From the NCBI RefSeq assembly GCF_964194025.1, contig NC_134480.1:44268001-44332000 (forward strand): 64,000 nucleotides of DNA, written 5' to 3'. A program made the translations under genes and the position numbers. The notes under the pieces were generated by a model. That model searched no databases and was not told the origin of the DNA. It saw nothing but the letters and a program-made list of their open reading frames with translations. Of this stretch, positions 24,014 to 37,400 are shown in pieces. The DNA is from Convolutriloba macropyga (Eukaryota). Positions within the stretch are counted from its first letter, which is position 1, and each line of letters opens with the position of its first letter.

Positions 24014-27000
24014 AAATGTCTAACCTAAACTAAGATTGTGGCAAAAAGTTTGAGTAAACAAAAGAAGAAATTAAATCCTCTTTCTATTGAATCAGAAAAC
24101 ACAAGGTTTTATCAAGAGTTGGATTAATTGAATTGTAAGTTTTGTTCGAATTTGCTTATAGGAACAAAATTGCGAATTGAAAAAGTGTTTTTTTTTAATT
24201 TTCAAAAAACAATCGTTTTCAAAGTCAAGAAAGTTATCAGCTATCTCCTAATACCAGAATATTGGCTAACGTATTCTTCCGTAAGAACCAAGGAAACTTG
24301 TAGTTCGAAACGAAAATTCATAAAACATAAAAGAAAAATTGAAAATGACAGTAAAATAGAATATAAAAAAAAATTTAAAATAAAATTTAACAAAATATTA
24401 AAAATAAATTTTTCGAGAAAGTGATGCCGAAGCCTAAAAAACATATCTATAGAAAATTTAATATGATCAATTGTGTTTTTGCGAAAACCAATAATGTGAT
24501 ATGTTAACTGTCAAAACGTGGTAATGCGACAGAACGAGAAAACGTGAAAAAATGCAAATGCCTAAAAAAAACTAAAATCTATTAGTATCAAACCCAGAAA
24601 CCAGAATTTAAGGCGTGAAACCACCATATAGGTTAAATTCTTTTTTCTGTACAAAGAACCATTCTTTCTTTGCCGACTCTAAGCAAAAAGATCACCAAAT
24701 TAAGGAAAAAATGAAGGCAATATTCAGTAAGCCGTTATTTATTTAAAAATCAAAAATCTTTAAATATCAAGGCAGCCATAAGCTTTCTAGCAAAAAATCT
24801 AGATAACTTAATTTACAGTTTAAAGGAGCCAATTGGACCTATCACTAGTGAGTTTTGATTTGAGTTTTTATGTTCTTTAATTATTATAAAAAAAAGCCGA
24901 ATTTAAAAAGAGAAAGACTGACTGATTGCGATTTTAACTTTTTATTGGATTGTAACAGTCCAAGATTGATTCAAACTAGCCATGCTAATGCTGTTTGGCC
25001 ATTAGAAACAATTATTTATTCATATATGATATATATAATCAATTTTTTAATTGAAAAATCAAAAATAGATGCTGCGTTTTTGATAATCAACGAGTAAAAA
25101 ATGGCAAAACACTAATTTCAGAGCACTCTCAATGGGAGTTGAGGTAGTAATAGCCTCTCTGTTAGTCTACAAAGACTTTGTGCGTTCTTTTTGGGTTGTT
25201 TACTTCCAGAAAATTTCATCAAAGTGGAAAAAAATGCTTATTTTGCACTATTTTTGATTAAAAAGGCTGAATTTCTAGCCAAAGTTTTGTTAAAAAATTA
25301 AATAAAACTAGTCAACAAAACTTTTCTGTCTTTGAAAATGAAATCAACAACCATATCTTAAAAAATTTTAACAATTTTTAGCAAAATTTAGGCATTAGGC
25401 AAAAACTACGGAAAATCTGAATAAAAGTAACGCAAATCGGTCTAAAATTCACAAAAATTGAAACATCAATACCCGCTCTGCAAAAAGTGATACCACTCAC
25501 AACTCTCTACAATCTATGTATCGATCGGTCATAATTGACGGAACAAAAAAAATTTTAAGTATATGGTTCCTACCCCCTCTAGAGGGGTCGGAACAAATAC
25601 ATATAGATATAGTAGCAAAAAAGAAGTTTCAAAGTTAAGTCAATATTTATGTTTATCAAATGTGTAATTTGTCTATTCTTAAATCTCCAAGCTATCATAG
25701 ATCTTGATGAATTGTCAAAAATCAATTATCTATTAAAAACTATTCGACATTTTTGAGATTTTATCGTCCGAAAATGTCGGATTTTCAACGAATCGTATCG
25801 AAATCAGAATTGTGATCGCAGCGTATCAGTATTCAGATAAAAATTTAGGGTGAAACGGTTCGCTATCTCTCAAAATTTTTAATGAAAAACATGTTAGCTT
25901 GTTTTCTATCAAAACATGTCTACCAACGTTTCCCGTATCAATTTTGTTCAGTATTTGATTTTTTTCCATACATTTTGTCAAGTTCCACAAGAAAAATAAA
26001 CTATTTTTACTAGCTAATTGAAAAAGAAAGAAAACGCTGAAAAGTTGACAATTTGTCGCGCATATTGAGCGATTTTGCTTCACTAAAAACAAAATTTCGC
26101 TAATACAAATAGTTGCTTAATTATCAAACTAATTTTTCAAGTTATATTGTTCCTGTGTTAACAACTATGAAAATGTCATCGATATCCCCACAATAACAAG
26201 ATCCTTCAAAAGGAATCATCAGTTTTGGATGGCAAGTTCCATTTTCATGTTAAAATTAGCTAGTTTTGTGCCAGTGGGTATTGACGATGGGATAGTGGTG
26301 ATGGATAAATGCACTGTCTGAGTAAAAAAAAAACAAAACTAAAATGTAGCAGTGAAAACTAACTATGAAAATCTTTACTAATGTAGATAAAAATATCATA
26401 GATGAAAATTTTAATATTCAGGAAATTTATAAATTGTATAGTGCTTGAATGCAAGTATTAATATTATAGACATGATGAGGCCATTGATGACATTTACAAA
26501 AAGTTGTGGAGATGATTATAATATAAGAACTCTTTCTGACCATCATTAATTGTAGTAGTTCAGTTATTTCGCTTGGCAGAACAATTTTGTCTTCATTAAT
26601 TTCTAAAAACGTTTCCGACTTGAAGTTTTTCTCAAGTAATCTGTCAAATAATTCCCGAATTCATCATTATTTTATTTTATTTTTTTATTCATCTCTTCTG
26701 TTCATTAAAAACTCGTCTCTGATAGATAGTTTTTAATGTTTGAGTACAAAATATTGATGAATTACTTTTTGCAACAAATAGTACGCTTCAATTGAAAACG
26801 TTGTTTAACCTAAATGTCTAACCTAAACTAAGATTGTGGCAAAAAGTTTGAGTAAACAAAAGAAGAAATTAAATCCTCTTTCTATTGAATCAGAAAACAC
26901 AAGGTTTTATCAAGAGTTGGATTAATTGAATTGTAAGTTTTGTTCGAGCTTGCTTATAGGAACAAAATTGCGAATTGAAAAAGTGTTTTTTTTTAATTTT

Positions 27001-29585
27001 CAAAAAACAATCGTTTTCAAAGTCAAGAAAGTTATCAGCTATCTCCTAATACCAGAATATTGGCTAACGTATTCTTCCGTAAGAACCAAGGAAACTTGTA
27101 GTTCGAAACGAAAATTCATAAAACATAAAAGAAAAATTGAAAATGACAGTAAAATAGAATATAAAAAAAAATTTAAAATAAAATTTAACAAAATATTAAA
27201 AATAAATTTTTCGAGAAAGTGATGCCGAAGCCTAAAAAACATATCTATAGAAAATTTAATATGATCAATTGTGTTTTTGCGAAAACCAATAATGTGATAT
27301 GTTAACTGTCAAAACGTGGTAATGCGACAGAACGAGAAAACGTGAAAAAATGCAAATGCCTAAAAAAAACTAAAGTCTATTAGTATCAAACCCAGAAACC
27401 AGAATTTAAGGCGTGAAACCACCATATAGGTTAAATTCTTTTTTCTGTACAAAGAACCATTCTTTCTTTGCCGACTCTAAGCAAAAAGATCACCAAATTA
27501 AGGAAAAAATGAAGGCAATATTCAGTAAGCCGTTATTTATCTAAAAATCAAAAATCTTTAAATATCAAGGCAGCCATAAGCTTTCTAGCAAAAAATCTAG
27601 ATAACTTAATTTACAGTTTAAAGGAGCCAATTGGACCTATCACTAGTGAGTTTTGACTTGAATTTTTATGTTCTTTAATTATTATAAAAAAAAGCCGAAT
27701 TTAAAAAGAGAAAGACTGACTGATTGCGATTTTAACTTTTTATTGGATTGTAACAGTCCACGATTGATTCAAACTAGCCATGCTAATGCTGTTTGGCCAT
27801 TAGAAACAATTATTTATTCATATATGATATATATAATCAATTTTTTAATTGAAAAATCAAAAATAGATGCTGCGTTTTTGATAATCAACGAGTAAAAATC
27901 GGCAAAACACTAATTTCAGAGCACTCTCAATGGGAGTTGAAGTAGTAATAGCCTCTCTGTTAGTCTACAAAGATTTTTTGTGCGTTCTTTTTGGGTTGTT
28001 TACTTCCGGAAAATTTCATCAAAGTGGAAAAAAATGCTTATTTTGCACTATTTTTGATTAAAAAGGCTGAATTTCTAGCCAAAGTTTTGTTAAAAAATTA
28101 AATAAAACTAGTCAACAATACTTTTCTGTCTTTGAAAATGAAATCAACAACCATATCTTAAAAAATGTTAACAATTTTTAGCAAAATTTAGGCATTAGGC
28201 AAAAACTCCGGAAAATCTGAATAAAAGTAACGCAAATCGGTCTAAAATTCACAAAAATTGAAACATCAATACCCGCTCTGCAAAAAGTGATACCACTCAC
28301 AACTCTACAATCTATGTATCGATCGGTCATAATTGACGGAACAAAAAAAATTTAAGTATATAGTTCCTACTCCCTCTAGAGGGGTCGGAACAACTTAAGC
28401 AAAAAAGAAGTTTCAAAGTTAAGTCAATATTTATGTTTATCAAATGTGTAATTTGTCTATTCTTAAATCTCCAAGCTATCATAGAACTTGATGAATTGTC
28501 GAAACTCAATTATCTATTAAAAACTATTCGACATTTTTGAGATTTTATCGTCCGAAAATGTCGGATTTTCAACGAATCGTATCGAAATCAGAATTGTGAT
28601 CGCAGCGTATCAGTATTGATAAAAATTTAGGGTGAAACGGTTCGCTATCTCTCAAATTTTTTTATGAAAAACATGTTAGCTTGTTTTCTATCAAAACATG
28701 TCTACCAACGGTTCCCGTATCAATTTTGTTCAGTATTTGATTTTTTTCCATACATTTTGTCAAGTTCCACAAGAAAAATAAACTATTTTTACTAGCTAAT
28801 TGAAAAAGAAAGAAAACGCTGAAAAGTTGACAATTTGTCGCGCATATTGAGCGATTTTGCTTCACTAAAAACAAAATTTCGCTAATACAACTAGTTGCTT
28901 AATTATCAAACTAATTTTTCAAGTTATATTGTTCCTGTGTTAACAACTATGAAAATGTCATCGATATCCCCACAATAACAAGATCCTTCAAAAGAAATCA
29001 TCAGTGTTGGATGGCAAGTTCCATTTTCATGTTAAAAGTAGCTAGTTTTGTGCCAGTGGGTATTGACGATGGGATAGTGGTGATGGATAAATGCACTGTC
29101 TGAGTAAAAAAACACAACTAAAATGTTGCAGTGAAAACTAACTATGAAAATCTTTACTTATGTAGATAAAAATATCATAGACGAAAATTATAATATTCAG
29201 GAAAAATATAAATTGTATAGTGCTTGAATGCAAGTATTAATATTATAGACATGATGAGGTCATTGATGACATTTACAAAAAGTTATGGAGATGATTATAA
29301 TATAAGAACTCTTTCTGACCATCCTTAATTGTAGTAGTTCAGTTATTTCGCTCGGCAGAACAATTTTGTCTTCATTAATTCCTAAAAACGTTTCCGACTT
29401 GAAGTTTTTCTCAAGTAATCTGTCAAATAATTCCCGATTTCATCATTATTTTATTTTATTTTTTTATTCATCTCTTCTGTTCATTAAAAACCCGTCTCTG
29501 ATAGATAGTTTTTAATGTTTGAGTACGAAATATTGATGAATTACTTTTTGCAACAAATAGTCCGCTTCAATTGAAAACGTTGTTT
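24014..29585 (+). repeat. Recent 2.8-kb head-to-tail duplication (24014-26806 and 26812-29585)
   Basis: Offset of 2798 nt, near-identical sequence (duplicated spurious ORFs at 24128/26926 and 24870/27668), 5-nt junction insert AACCT. Confidence 0.92.
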
Positions 29586-31914
29586 CACTGGCAGCCAATG
29601 CATATCTTTCCTTAGTTTCGTTGTCCTTTTTAACAAAATGTTTTCCGAAATAAAACTACAAGCCACATTTTGAAAGTTCTGGAGTTCTGATTTTGATCAA
29701 GGCGAGCCAAAACAAAAAGTGTTGCAGACAGATGGTAACATCTAACAATATAACGACACTGCACTTGATCTCGAGACTCTACATGCAAAAATTGCCTAAT
29801 GCTAATAAAAGCAGATTTTTTTTAACGAAGCTGATTTGGTTTAACTTGAAATCTAGCCATATTCCAACTACTTATCGAGATTGTTCTTCTCAACGATAGG
29901 TTAACCAAACGTTGCAAATGACAATACAATAGTGTTATGGGTAAAAACTCAATGAAAATTTTTCAACGCAATGTTTTTGTTCTACTTTAGTTTTTTGCAC
30001 TAAAACAATCTTCAGCTCACAGCAACTAATGCTTCACAGATATGTAGCCATTTACCATGATTTATCTCACAGAAAAATGATCGTCAAAAAGCTAGTCGTC
30101 CAGCTGCTCATAAAGAGGACTCCGTTATAAAGAGAACTGTATTAGAGCTAAGATTCATCACTGAGGAATTCCAATTGTTTCAAAAAAAATTGTTGCAGAG
30201 CCACTTATTTGTAATAAAATTTTTAAAATGTCTAGGCGTAACTGATGTTCCACAGTGTAAAAAACTATATGATCAAGAGTTAACATTAGAAGTGTCTCGT
30301 TTTGTTGTTAAGTATGTGTTTAAGGCAGTTTAGGATTTTGCTGAATGATAAACACGCCGGAACGCTTTACACCCTTATTCTCGCTTAATAACGGTGGAAT
30401 ACGGGTGTACGCCTCGGTCCGGGGAGGGAAAATCCCGAAACTATTAATGCAATAGAATAGGGTTAGTGAGTTGGTATCCAGACCGAGACAAATCGAAAGA
30501 AGAAAACTGCATTAGGACAACGGCCATATTTTGCGGGAAAGAAGGTGCAATGAGAAGTATGTCTTAATTTTAACGCAATTGAGAAATTTTTGGTGTGTAA
30601 CAGATTCCCTTTGACAACAATGGCATTTGTGCTGATCTATATCAATTTAAAAAATTTTGTGGAAAAATGAAGTTTTTTGTTAAATTAAAACTAGAAAAAC
30701 ATAGCTGACAAAATGTTAGTAATAACACTCTTTGAGAGTTATAATTAGGGTTTTAATCAAAGCAACGCAAATTTACTTCAATTTTTATTTCGTTAGATTT
30801 TTCTTAGTTAGTTGACTAATAATGGTTTAGGAGCACCTTTCGACAAGGCTTTTAACGAGACTGATTACGAAATTTGCAAAAAGCATTGCGGGCAACTTTT
30901 TCCTAAAAGGAATTCTGAGGCCTAAAAACATCAAAAATGTACTTTCTTTTCTATCATATATTGTTTAAATGGCAACTAAAATTTTGATAAAAATGAGGTT
31001 AGTTGATCTATTGACGTCTCCATTAATTGTCAATATGTATTGTTGGATGAATATACTAATGACTAAACTGTAGATTGGATGTTGCAAAGATCAAATGTTA
31101 TTTTAAAACATAGAATTCATTATTGTACTGTAATTTAAGACTTTGACCATGAGTTCGACTATAAATTCCATCACGCATTTGAAGCTTATGTTAAAATAAT
31201 ATTTTGATATAAAGGTTGTTATTTAGGACAGTTTGTGAAATTAAGTGTAACTTATACCCCAAAATCAGAACCCTCATTCAAAATTGAACTAAAGCGTCTT
31301 TCACATTTTTGATGCATAGACTACAGCTCAAAGCCACTTTTCATGCTTATGATCGCAAAAATTGGTTGCACTATCTGACATGACAAGTGATCATTTAATT
31401 CATCTTCTTTCAATTTCATCCCCAGTTTACCTAAAGCTTTTCCCTGCGTCGAAACACTTAGCCAGATTTTTTCCGCGTTCCTCACAAAAGACTAAAGGCA
31501 AAAATCTACGTTCTCCTGCATATAAAATATCTTATCAAATCTTTCATTACAAAAATTATTGGCTGCGGCTGAATTTAGTTTCTGTGGCACAACCTAGATA
31601 CTCTCCCGGACTTGAGTCCCAGAGCACATTTGAAGCAGCACATTTGAAGCGTGAAAAACTTAATTCAGGTCTGAAACATTGCATCTCACGAATATTTTAA
31701 GTTCTTTTATGTGCAGTTTTTATTTATTCTGATTCCGTTGAAGTCAAAGAGTTCACCCAGACTAAACTTATCCTGTACAGTCCGAAAATTACTCATGCTC
31801 CAAAAATACGTCTGAGTAGAATAGTGTCATAAAATTGCCGCTTATAACTGGTAATAACTATAGTAGTGTACACACTATTTATACATAAGCTACTGTGTAA
31901 GCAATTACCAGAAA

Positions 31915-31990
31915 GCCAATTTAGCTTAGTGGTTAAGTCTTAATGCGCAAATAAAATGTAACAAGTACCCACGCGCGAGTTCGAGTCGAA
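31915..31990 (+). pseudogene. tRNA-derived sequence (SINE head or tRNA pseudogene)
   Basis: A box TAGCTTAGTGG starting at position 8 (31922) and B box GAGTTCGAGTC (31977-31987). No intact acceptor or anticodon stems. Confidence 0.5.
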
Positions 31991-32194
31991 TATAAAGCAA
32001 ACCGAGTTAAGCGGGAGTTAAGCTGAACATATTATTTTTCGTGCGGCAAATTTCACGCAAAAATCAAGACTGGCCAGTGTAATCTGGGACATGAGCAGAG
32101 TACTAGCCATCCTAAAAAACAGAATGTCTCTAGTCAGTGCTGATTTGCTCTGCCACTGACCTCCGGGGTGGCATTATTCCCAGCCCATGACGAA

Positions 32195-34025
32195 CTTTTA
32201 CCCTAAAAAAGAAAAAAGATGCAAGATAAACGGGGTAATCGGGGGATTAATTAGCACTTTCCCCTCAAATTTCTTGCGTGTTTTTTGCGGGTAATGCGGA
32301 ATAACTCGATACGAAACTGAGGAGTAGTCGGACAATTTGGAGGCAGGAAAAACGGTGCATTGCATGGGTAGAAGGACGCAAGAGTAGGGGTTAATGGGAT
32401 ACAAGGATGGACGACTAGGGTGTAGTGGGTTTAAAACGACGCAAGATTAGTGCGTTATGGGGTAAAACGATGAAAGAGTAGGGATTAATGGCTGTGAAAC
32501 GCCGCAAGAGTATTGGTTAATGTTAGTTAAAACGATTGAAGAGTATTTGGGTTATAGGGTTATAACGATGCAAGAGTAGGGGGTGATGGGGGATGAAACG
32601 TTGCAAGATTGGGGGAGAAATGGGGTGCAACGATAAAATATTAGATTTCATTGAGAGTTTAAACGATGCTAATTTTAGAGCGCAATTGGGGGTAAAACGA
32701 TACAAGAGTAGTACTGTCTAAGGGGGGGGGGGGGGGTAAAACGTTGCAAGAGTAGTAGGTTATGGGGGTTAAATGATGCAGGATTAGGGGGGGGTGTATA
32801 TGGGGGATCGAGGTAAAGCGACGCACGCATAATTGCCCTGTCGTTTCCAAATATAAGAAGCGTCCGTTTTCGTTGGATCCTAAGCAAAATCAAAGACTCC
32901 TGATTTTTGATAATACAAAATATTAAAAGAGGATGAAAATAGCAAAAAAAGCACCAGAATGATCAATCTAAGGCAACAAGAAAGCTGTTCTTTATGTTTT
33001 CTGGTTTCGTTTGGCAGATCAAGTTCGTATGTTTTCTCTACTTGTCTTGGGTTATCGTCAGACCCTGAAAAAAAAACAAAAAAAACTGAATACAACAGAA
33101 CCACAACAAAGCGATCATGCCGAGAAAAGAGCCTGGTTAACACCACACCAAAGCAGAGCATACAAAGGCAGAAAAAAAGTCAAGAAAAACAGAACTTAAT
33201 GCCCGTGCTGAGCATATAAGTAGCAGGGAACAAAAACGGGCACGAAAAACCGGCACAGGCAAAAAGAGCCCTCCTAACCAAAACCTAAGCACCCAAAGGA
33301 GAGAGCAAAGCCAAGCAAAACAACACCTAGGGACTCAGCTAAAAGCCTATTGGAGAGAAGATAACGCAGAAAGCTATCATAAACCTAGTCCTAAGAAAGC
33401 GCCGGCAAACACATGGGCCAGCAATTTCCATTCAAAGCATTGAAAAGATCAACCTGGAGTTAGAAGAAGCCAAGAGACCCTCCACCCAACCTCCGCGCAA
33501 TCCAGATCCAGGCAACAAGATGGTCCTTCCAACCCAAACCTAATCACTCAAAGGCAAGACCAAAGCCAAGCAAAGCATCACCTAGATCTAAGTTCAGTTG
33601 CACGTGTTTCCAGACTATTTGGCTTATATTTATTAGAATGATTTTTTAAATTAGAGAGCGTTCACTAAACACACTATACCATTTTTTGCAGTCTTCCTAA
33701 TAGAGGTCTTTTTGGATAAGAAGACCCCCATATCCCCATTATCCTCTAATCTTACATCTTTTCACCCTTAAAATTATCCCCCAATCCTACATCTCTTTGT
33801 CTGGTAATTTGGGGGGATCTAACAACTCCCTTACTCACCATCATCCCCTTGTTTTAAAACGTTTTAACCCCCTAAAATTACCCCCTAATTTTTACATCTT
33901 TTTGTGGGGTAATTTTGTTGGGGGTACAATCAAAGAGTTCACTCCATTACCCTTACTACTCCCATTTCTCTGATAACCTTACCTGGTTGTGCACCCAAAA
34001 AGACAATTACCCCCTACTCTTCTTT
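32195..34025. repeat. Foldback-like region: purine-rich degenerate tandem repeats (32200-32830) and complementary C-rich blocks (33720-34025)
   Basis: GGGGTAAAACGATGCAAGAGTA-type units on the left, ATTACCCC..ATCTTACATCTTT units on the right. The ATCTTACAT motif is shared with the 34838 and 53281 elements. Confidence 0.5.
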
Positions 34026-34300
34026 TTAACTTAAAATTTATATATTTTTTTATTTAATTGACTTCTAAAATGCGGACGTTATTGTGAATTTATGGCAAAA
34101 AAGTTGCATCTTGTAAGTCGCAATATTTTATGTACGATGCTAATTTATGATAAACCGAAAAACATATATGATCTTTGAATGGTTACTGGGGAAATGATAC
34201 AAAACATATATGACCTATTGTGGATCATGTAGGTCCTTTTGTGGTAACGACGAATTTTGTATCATATTCAACCCAGGTTCTAGAATATTATCAGGTACCA

Positions 34301-34422
34301 CCCAGGTTTAGGTGCGCAACCCTAGACCTATCTGATCAGACCATTTCCCAGACGTCCACGCCACCGGTGTGCGACCCAAATGGTCTGATCAGAGCTGTAT
34401 AGGGTCGCGCACCAAACCTGGG
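34301..34422. mobile_element. 122-bp MITE with CCC termini and 2-bp TSD (CMC/EnSpm-like)
   Basis: ~45-bp imperfect TIR CCCAGGTTT..GGTGCGC.ACCCTA...TCTGATCAGACCATTT, flanked CA|CCC...GGG|CA. A related degenerate end lies at ~52390-52490. Confidence 0.75.
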
Positions 34423-34494
34423 CAGAGTAACGATTTTATACAATTGTTAAGAGACATATTTTAAAACGTTTCCAGCTCTCAACTATCCATAACA

Positions 34495-37400
34495 ATGTCA
34501 TCGGCTGAAACAAATCAAGAAGAAGCCAACAAATGGCTCACTGATCTCTGGTGGGGAGTGAAATGCGCAGATGAGGAGAGAGATTACTACAACAACAGTG
34601 CTGCAAACTACGAAAACTTTTCAGCCATTTTGGGATGGATAGCACCACAATTGTGTATGGAGGGAATCACTAAATATGAAACAATATCAGGTATCAGTTA
34701 GCTTACGTTTTCTAAGTTTTTACTCTTTTGGTGAAACCTAATTTGCTTATTCAGACTCAAGTGCTCTCATACGCTCGAAATGGTCTGGACTAGGACGATT
34801 TCGAGCGCACACCTCACCTGGGAGGTGCAGCAAAATACCCGGTTTGAGGTTTGGTCTGAAAAAAATGTATGATCAGCGGTGAAAAGTGGTGAAAAAAACT
34901 TTTTTCACCGCAAAGCGCCCGCATCTTTTAGCGTTGAATGCGGTGAAAGCGGTGAATTTTTATAAGATTTTATGTTTTTAGCATTGAAAAAAATTTTTTT
35001 GCACCGCTTTCACTGGATTTCTTACAAAAAGGAAACACCCGTACACGGGTTCGAACCTCTCACCTCCTGAATGTCACCAACTTCTTGTTCCACAGCGTCA
35101 TCTGCCAGTTACTTCAATGTTATTTCCTGTGAATTTAAGATAAGAGTTGAAATTAGCGGTGAATATTTGTAAGATTTGCAATTTTAGCGGTGAAAACATT
35201 TTTTCACTGCAACCTGGTAGCGCTGAAATTTTTTTTCACCGCATTCTGCCGGTAGCGGTGAAAAACTTTCTTTCACCGCTTAAGCGGTAAAAGTAAATTT
35301 TTCATAGCTGAAAAGTATTTTTTTCAACGCCTTCATTGCATGGAGCGCAAATCTTTTTACTCAAATTCACCGCAAATCTTACATCTTTTAGCAATCTTTA
35401 GCGCTGACACCTCAACCTGGGTAAAATAGAAAAAAATGTTTTTAAATCATTGGTAGCGCTTCTCTGGTCAGAACTAAAGTTGTCCGAGATTTAGTGCAGA
35501 GTGTCTAATATGAAGAAAGCGCTACACCATCAAAGTTTTAAAAGGCTTTTAGAAACTTTTAGCTAGCAAAAATGACAAAATGTAAAATGGCTATATTTCG
35601 TAATGGCTAAAAAATTTGAATCACGATTCAATTCAGATCATTTTTTGCCATTCTGCCCCGCCAGAGAGCAACAAGATCGAATTGTATTATGTTTTAAGTA
35701 CGTTATATCAATTTGTGCTTCTTATCATTGTTGCTAAACGATGCTAGGATCTTTTCCGTTTGTGCCCCCCCCCCCCAGCTTATTGGGTACATATTATTTG
35801 CACCCCCAGACGCACGTGTCACATTTTTCATAATGGTTTGCTGTCGGTTTGACGCACGTCTGTAGAAGTCTGTTCAGTTTGCATTAGACATGGTGGGCAA
35901 TGACCGAAATGGCAACTTTCGATAAATTTTGCTGTTTGTGGGAAAGAGTAACACAAAATTGTCACCATTTTTCATTTTTTGGTAATCATTTCCATGATGG
36001 GTTATAGGTACTCAAAATGGGGAGCTAATTTACTTATATTTCAATAATAGGCTCATATTTTTAAAAAGAGTGCTCGCGATTTAACGTAACCAATTTCTAT
36101 ATTTCTGAGCATATATTTAGACCAGAACTTTTTTGCCCAAGGGTATTTGTAATTATTTGAGAACCAGTTCAAAGAATGAATTTTAATTGCTAACAATGAT
36201 TCTACAAATAGCAAAACTAAAAATTTTCCTTTTAATCTGCGAATAGTATTGACAGGGGAATTTCTGAAACTGATCACCAATTGAGCTTTCTTTCATCTCG
36301 GTCAATATGACACTATCTTAGTTATTTAAAAAAGAGCTAATTATGGCGTGGAAATTGTTGATTAACGGCATGGAAATTAGTTACAAAGTCTGCAAAGTTT
36401 TCAAACTAACCCCAGAAATACTCATCCTGAATAATGCCTGCGAACTTTATCAGTCGGCCTATAACTGCCCTCGGTCGCGTACTTGATCGTATCAATTCCT
36501 TGTTAATGTTCTTATTGCTTCCTTGAAACCATATATGGTCCTTTATTGATTAGCAAGAAGATTAGCAAGGAGATTAGCATTAAAAATTATTTTTCTTGCG
36601 TTTTAAAATTGAAAACAAATAATGTTAAACATCAGACAATAAAATATCTCTGCGTTGCACCAAATTTGTTTCCGAGTAAATGAAATGAGCCACAAATGAA
36701 GTTATGTAAGTCTATCTAGCAAGCAATGTCATTGCGTCATTTTCATAACCATGTAAGCTTTTTAAAAAAGGTTAGCCAATCAAATTCGAGTACTTGAAAT
36801 GTGCATAAAGTACTTTCTATTTTATGTAAAGAGCTTGGAAAAAGTGCAAATAACACAATCATTGAGCCTAATAAGAAACTAGAGCAATTGCGCTCGTTTT
36901 AGACAAAATAAATTTAGATTTTGAAAATGTATCGGTGACCGATCTGAGCCGAAGATTGGCTCAGATATAAGACCTGCAAACAAATGCAGCTAGATTTGCC
37001 GATGAAGTTTAATATTGATTTTTGCTTTTAACTTCGTTGAGTTATCACGTTCCGCCTTGATAATCTGGATTTACGAGTTACCCCGTCATCATCCTGTTAA
37101 TGCGAAATAAGCATTCGAAAGTCTGTTTCATCAGCTTTAAGTACGTATAATCATGAAGGTTGATTATAGCAACAATTAGTATTTGGAATTAGCTTGTAAA
37201 CAAAATTTCGTAAAAAACCTCAATGTAACTTCAATTTACTCCACGAAATCATCATTTTTTTGAGCAAAATTAATTTATCGGAAAAAAACATGAGTGTGAA
37301 ATTAAATAATTATATTGGCCATATCCAAGATTGATCAAAGGTAATGATTTTTTCTTCAAAATAATTGATTCTGAATGGTTGCAAGAAATCATAGCATTGA

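Noticed and set aside
26170-26320. Possible Ulp1-like protease remnant on the - strand (PIVNTHW ... SCYCG)
   Set aside because: Only two short motifs interrupted by stops. Cannot be supported without a profile search.
24128-28874. Duplicated Lys/Phe-rich ORFs
   Set aside because: Low-complexity A/T-run translations repeated only because of the segmental duplication.
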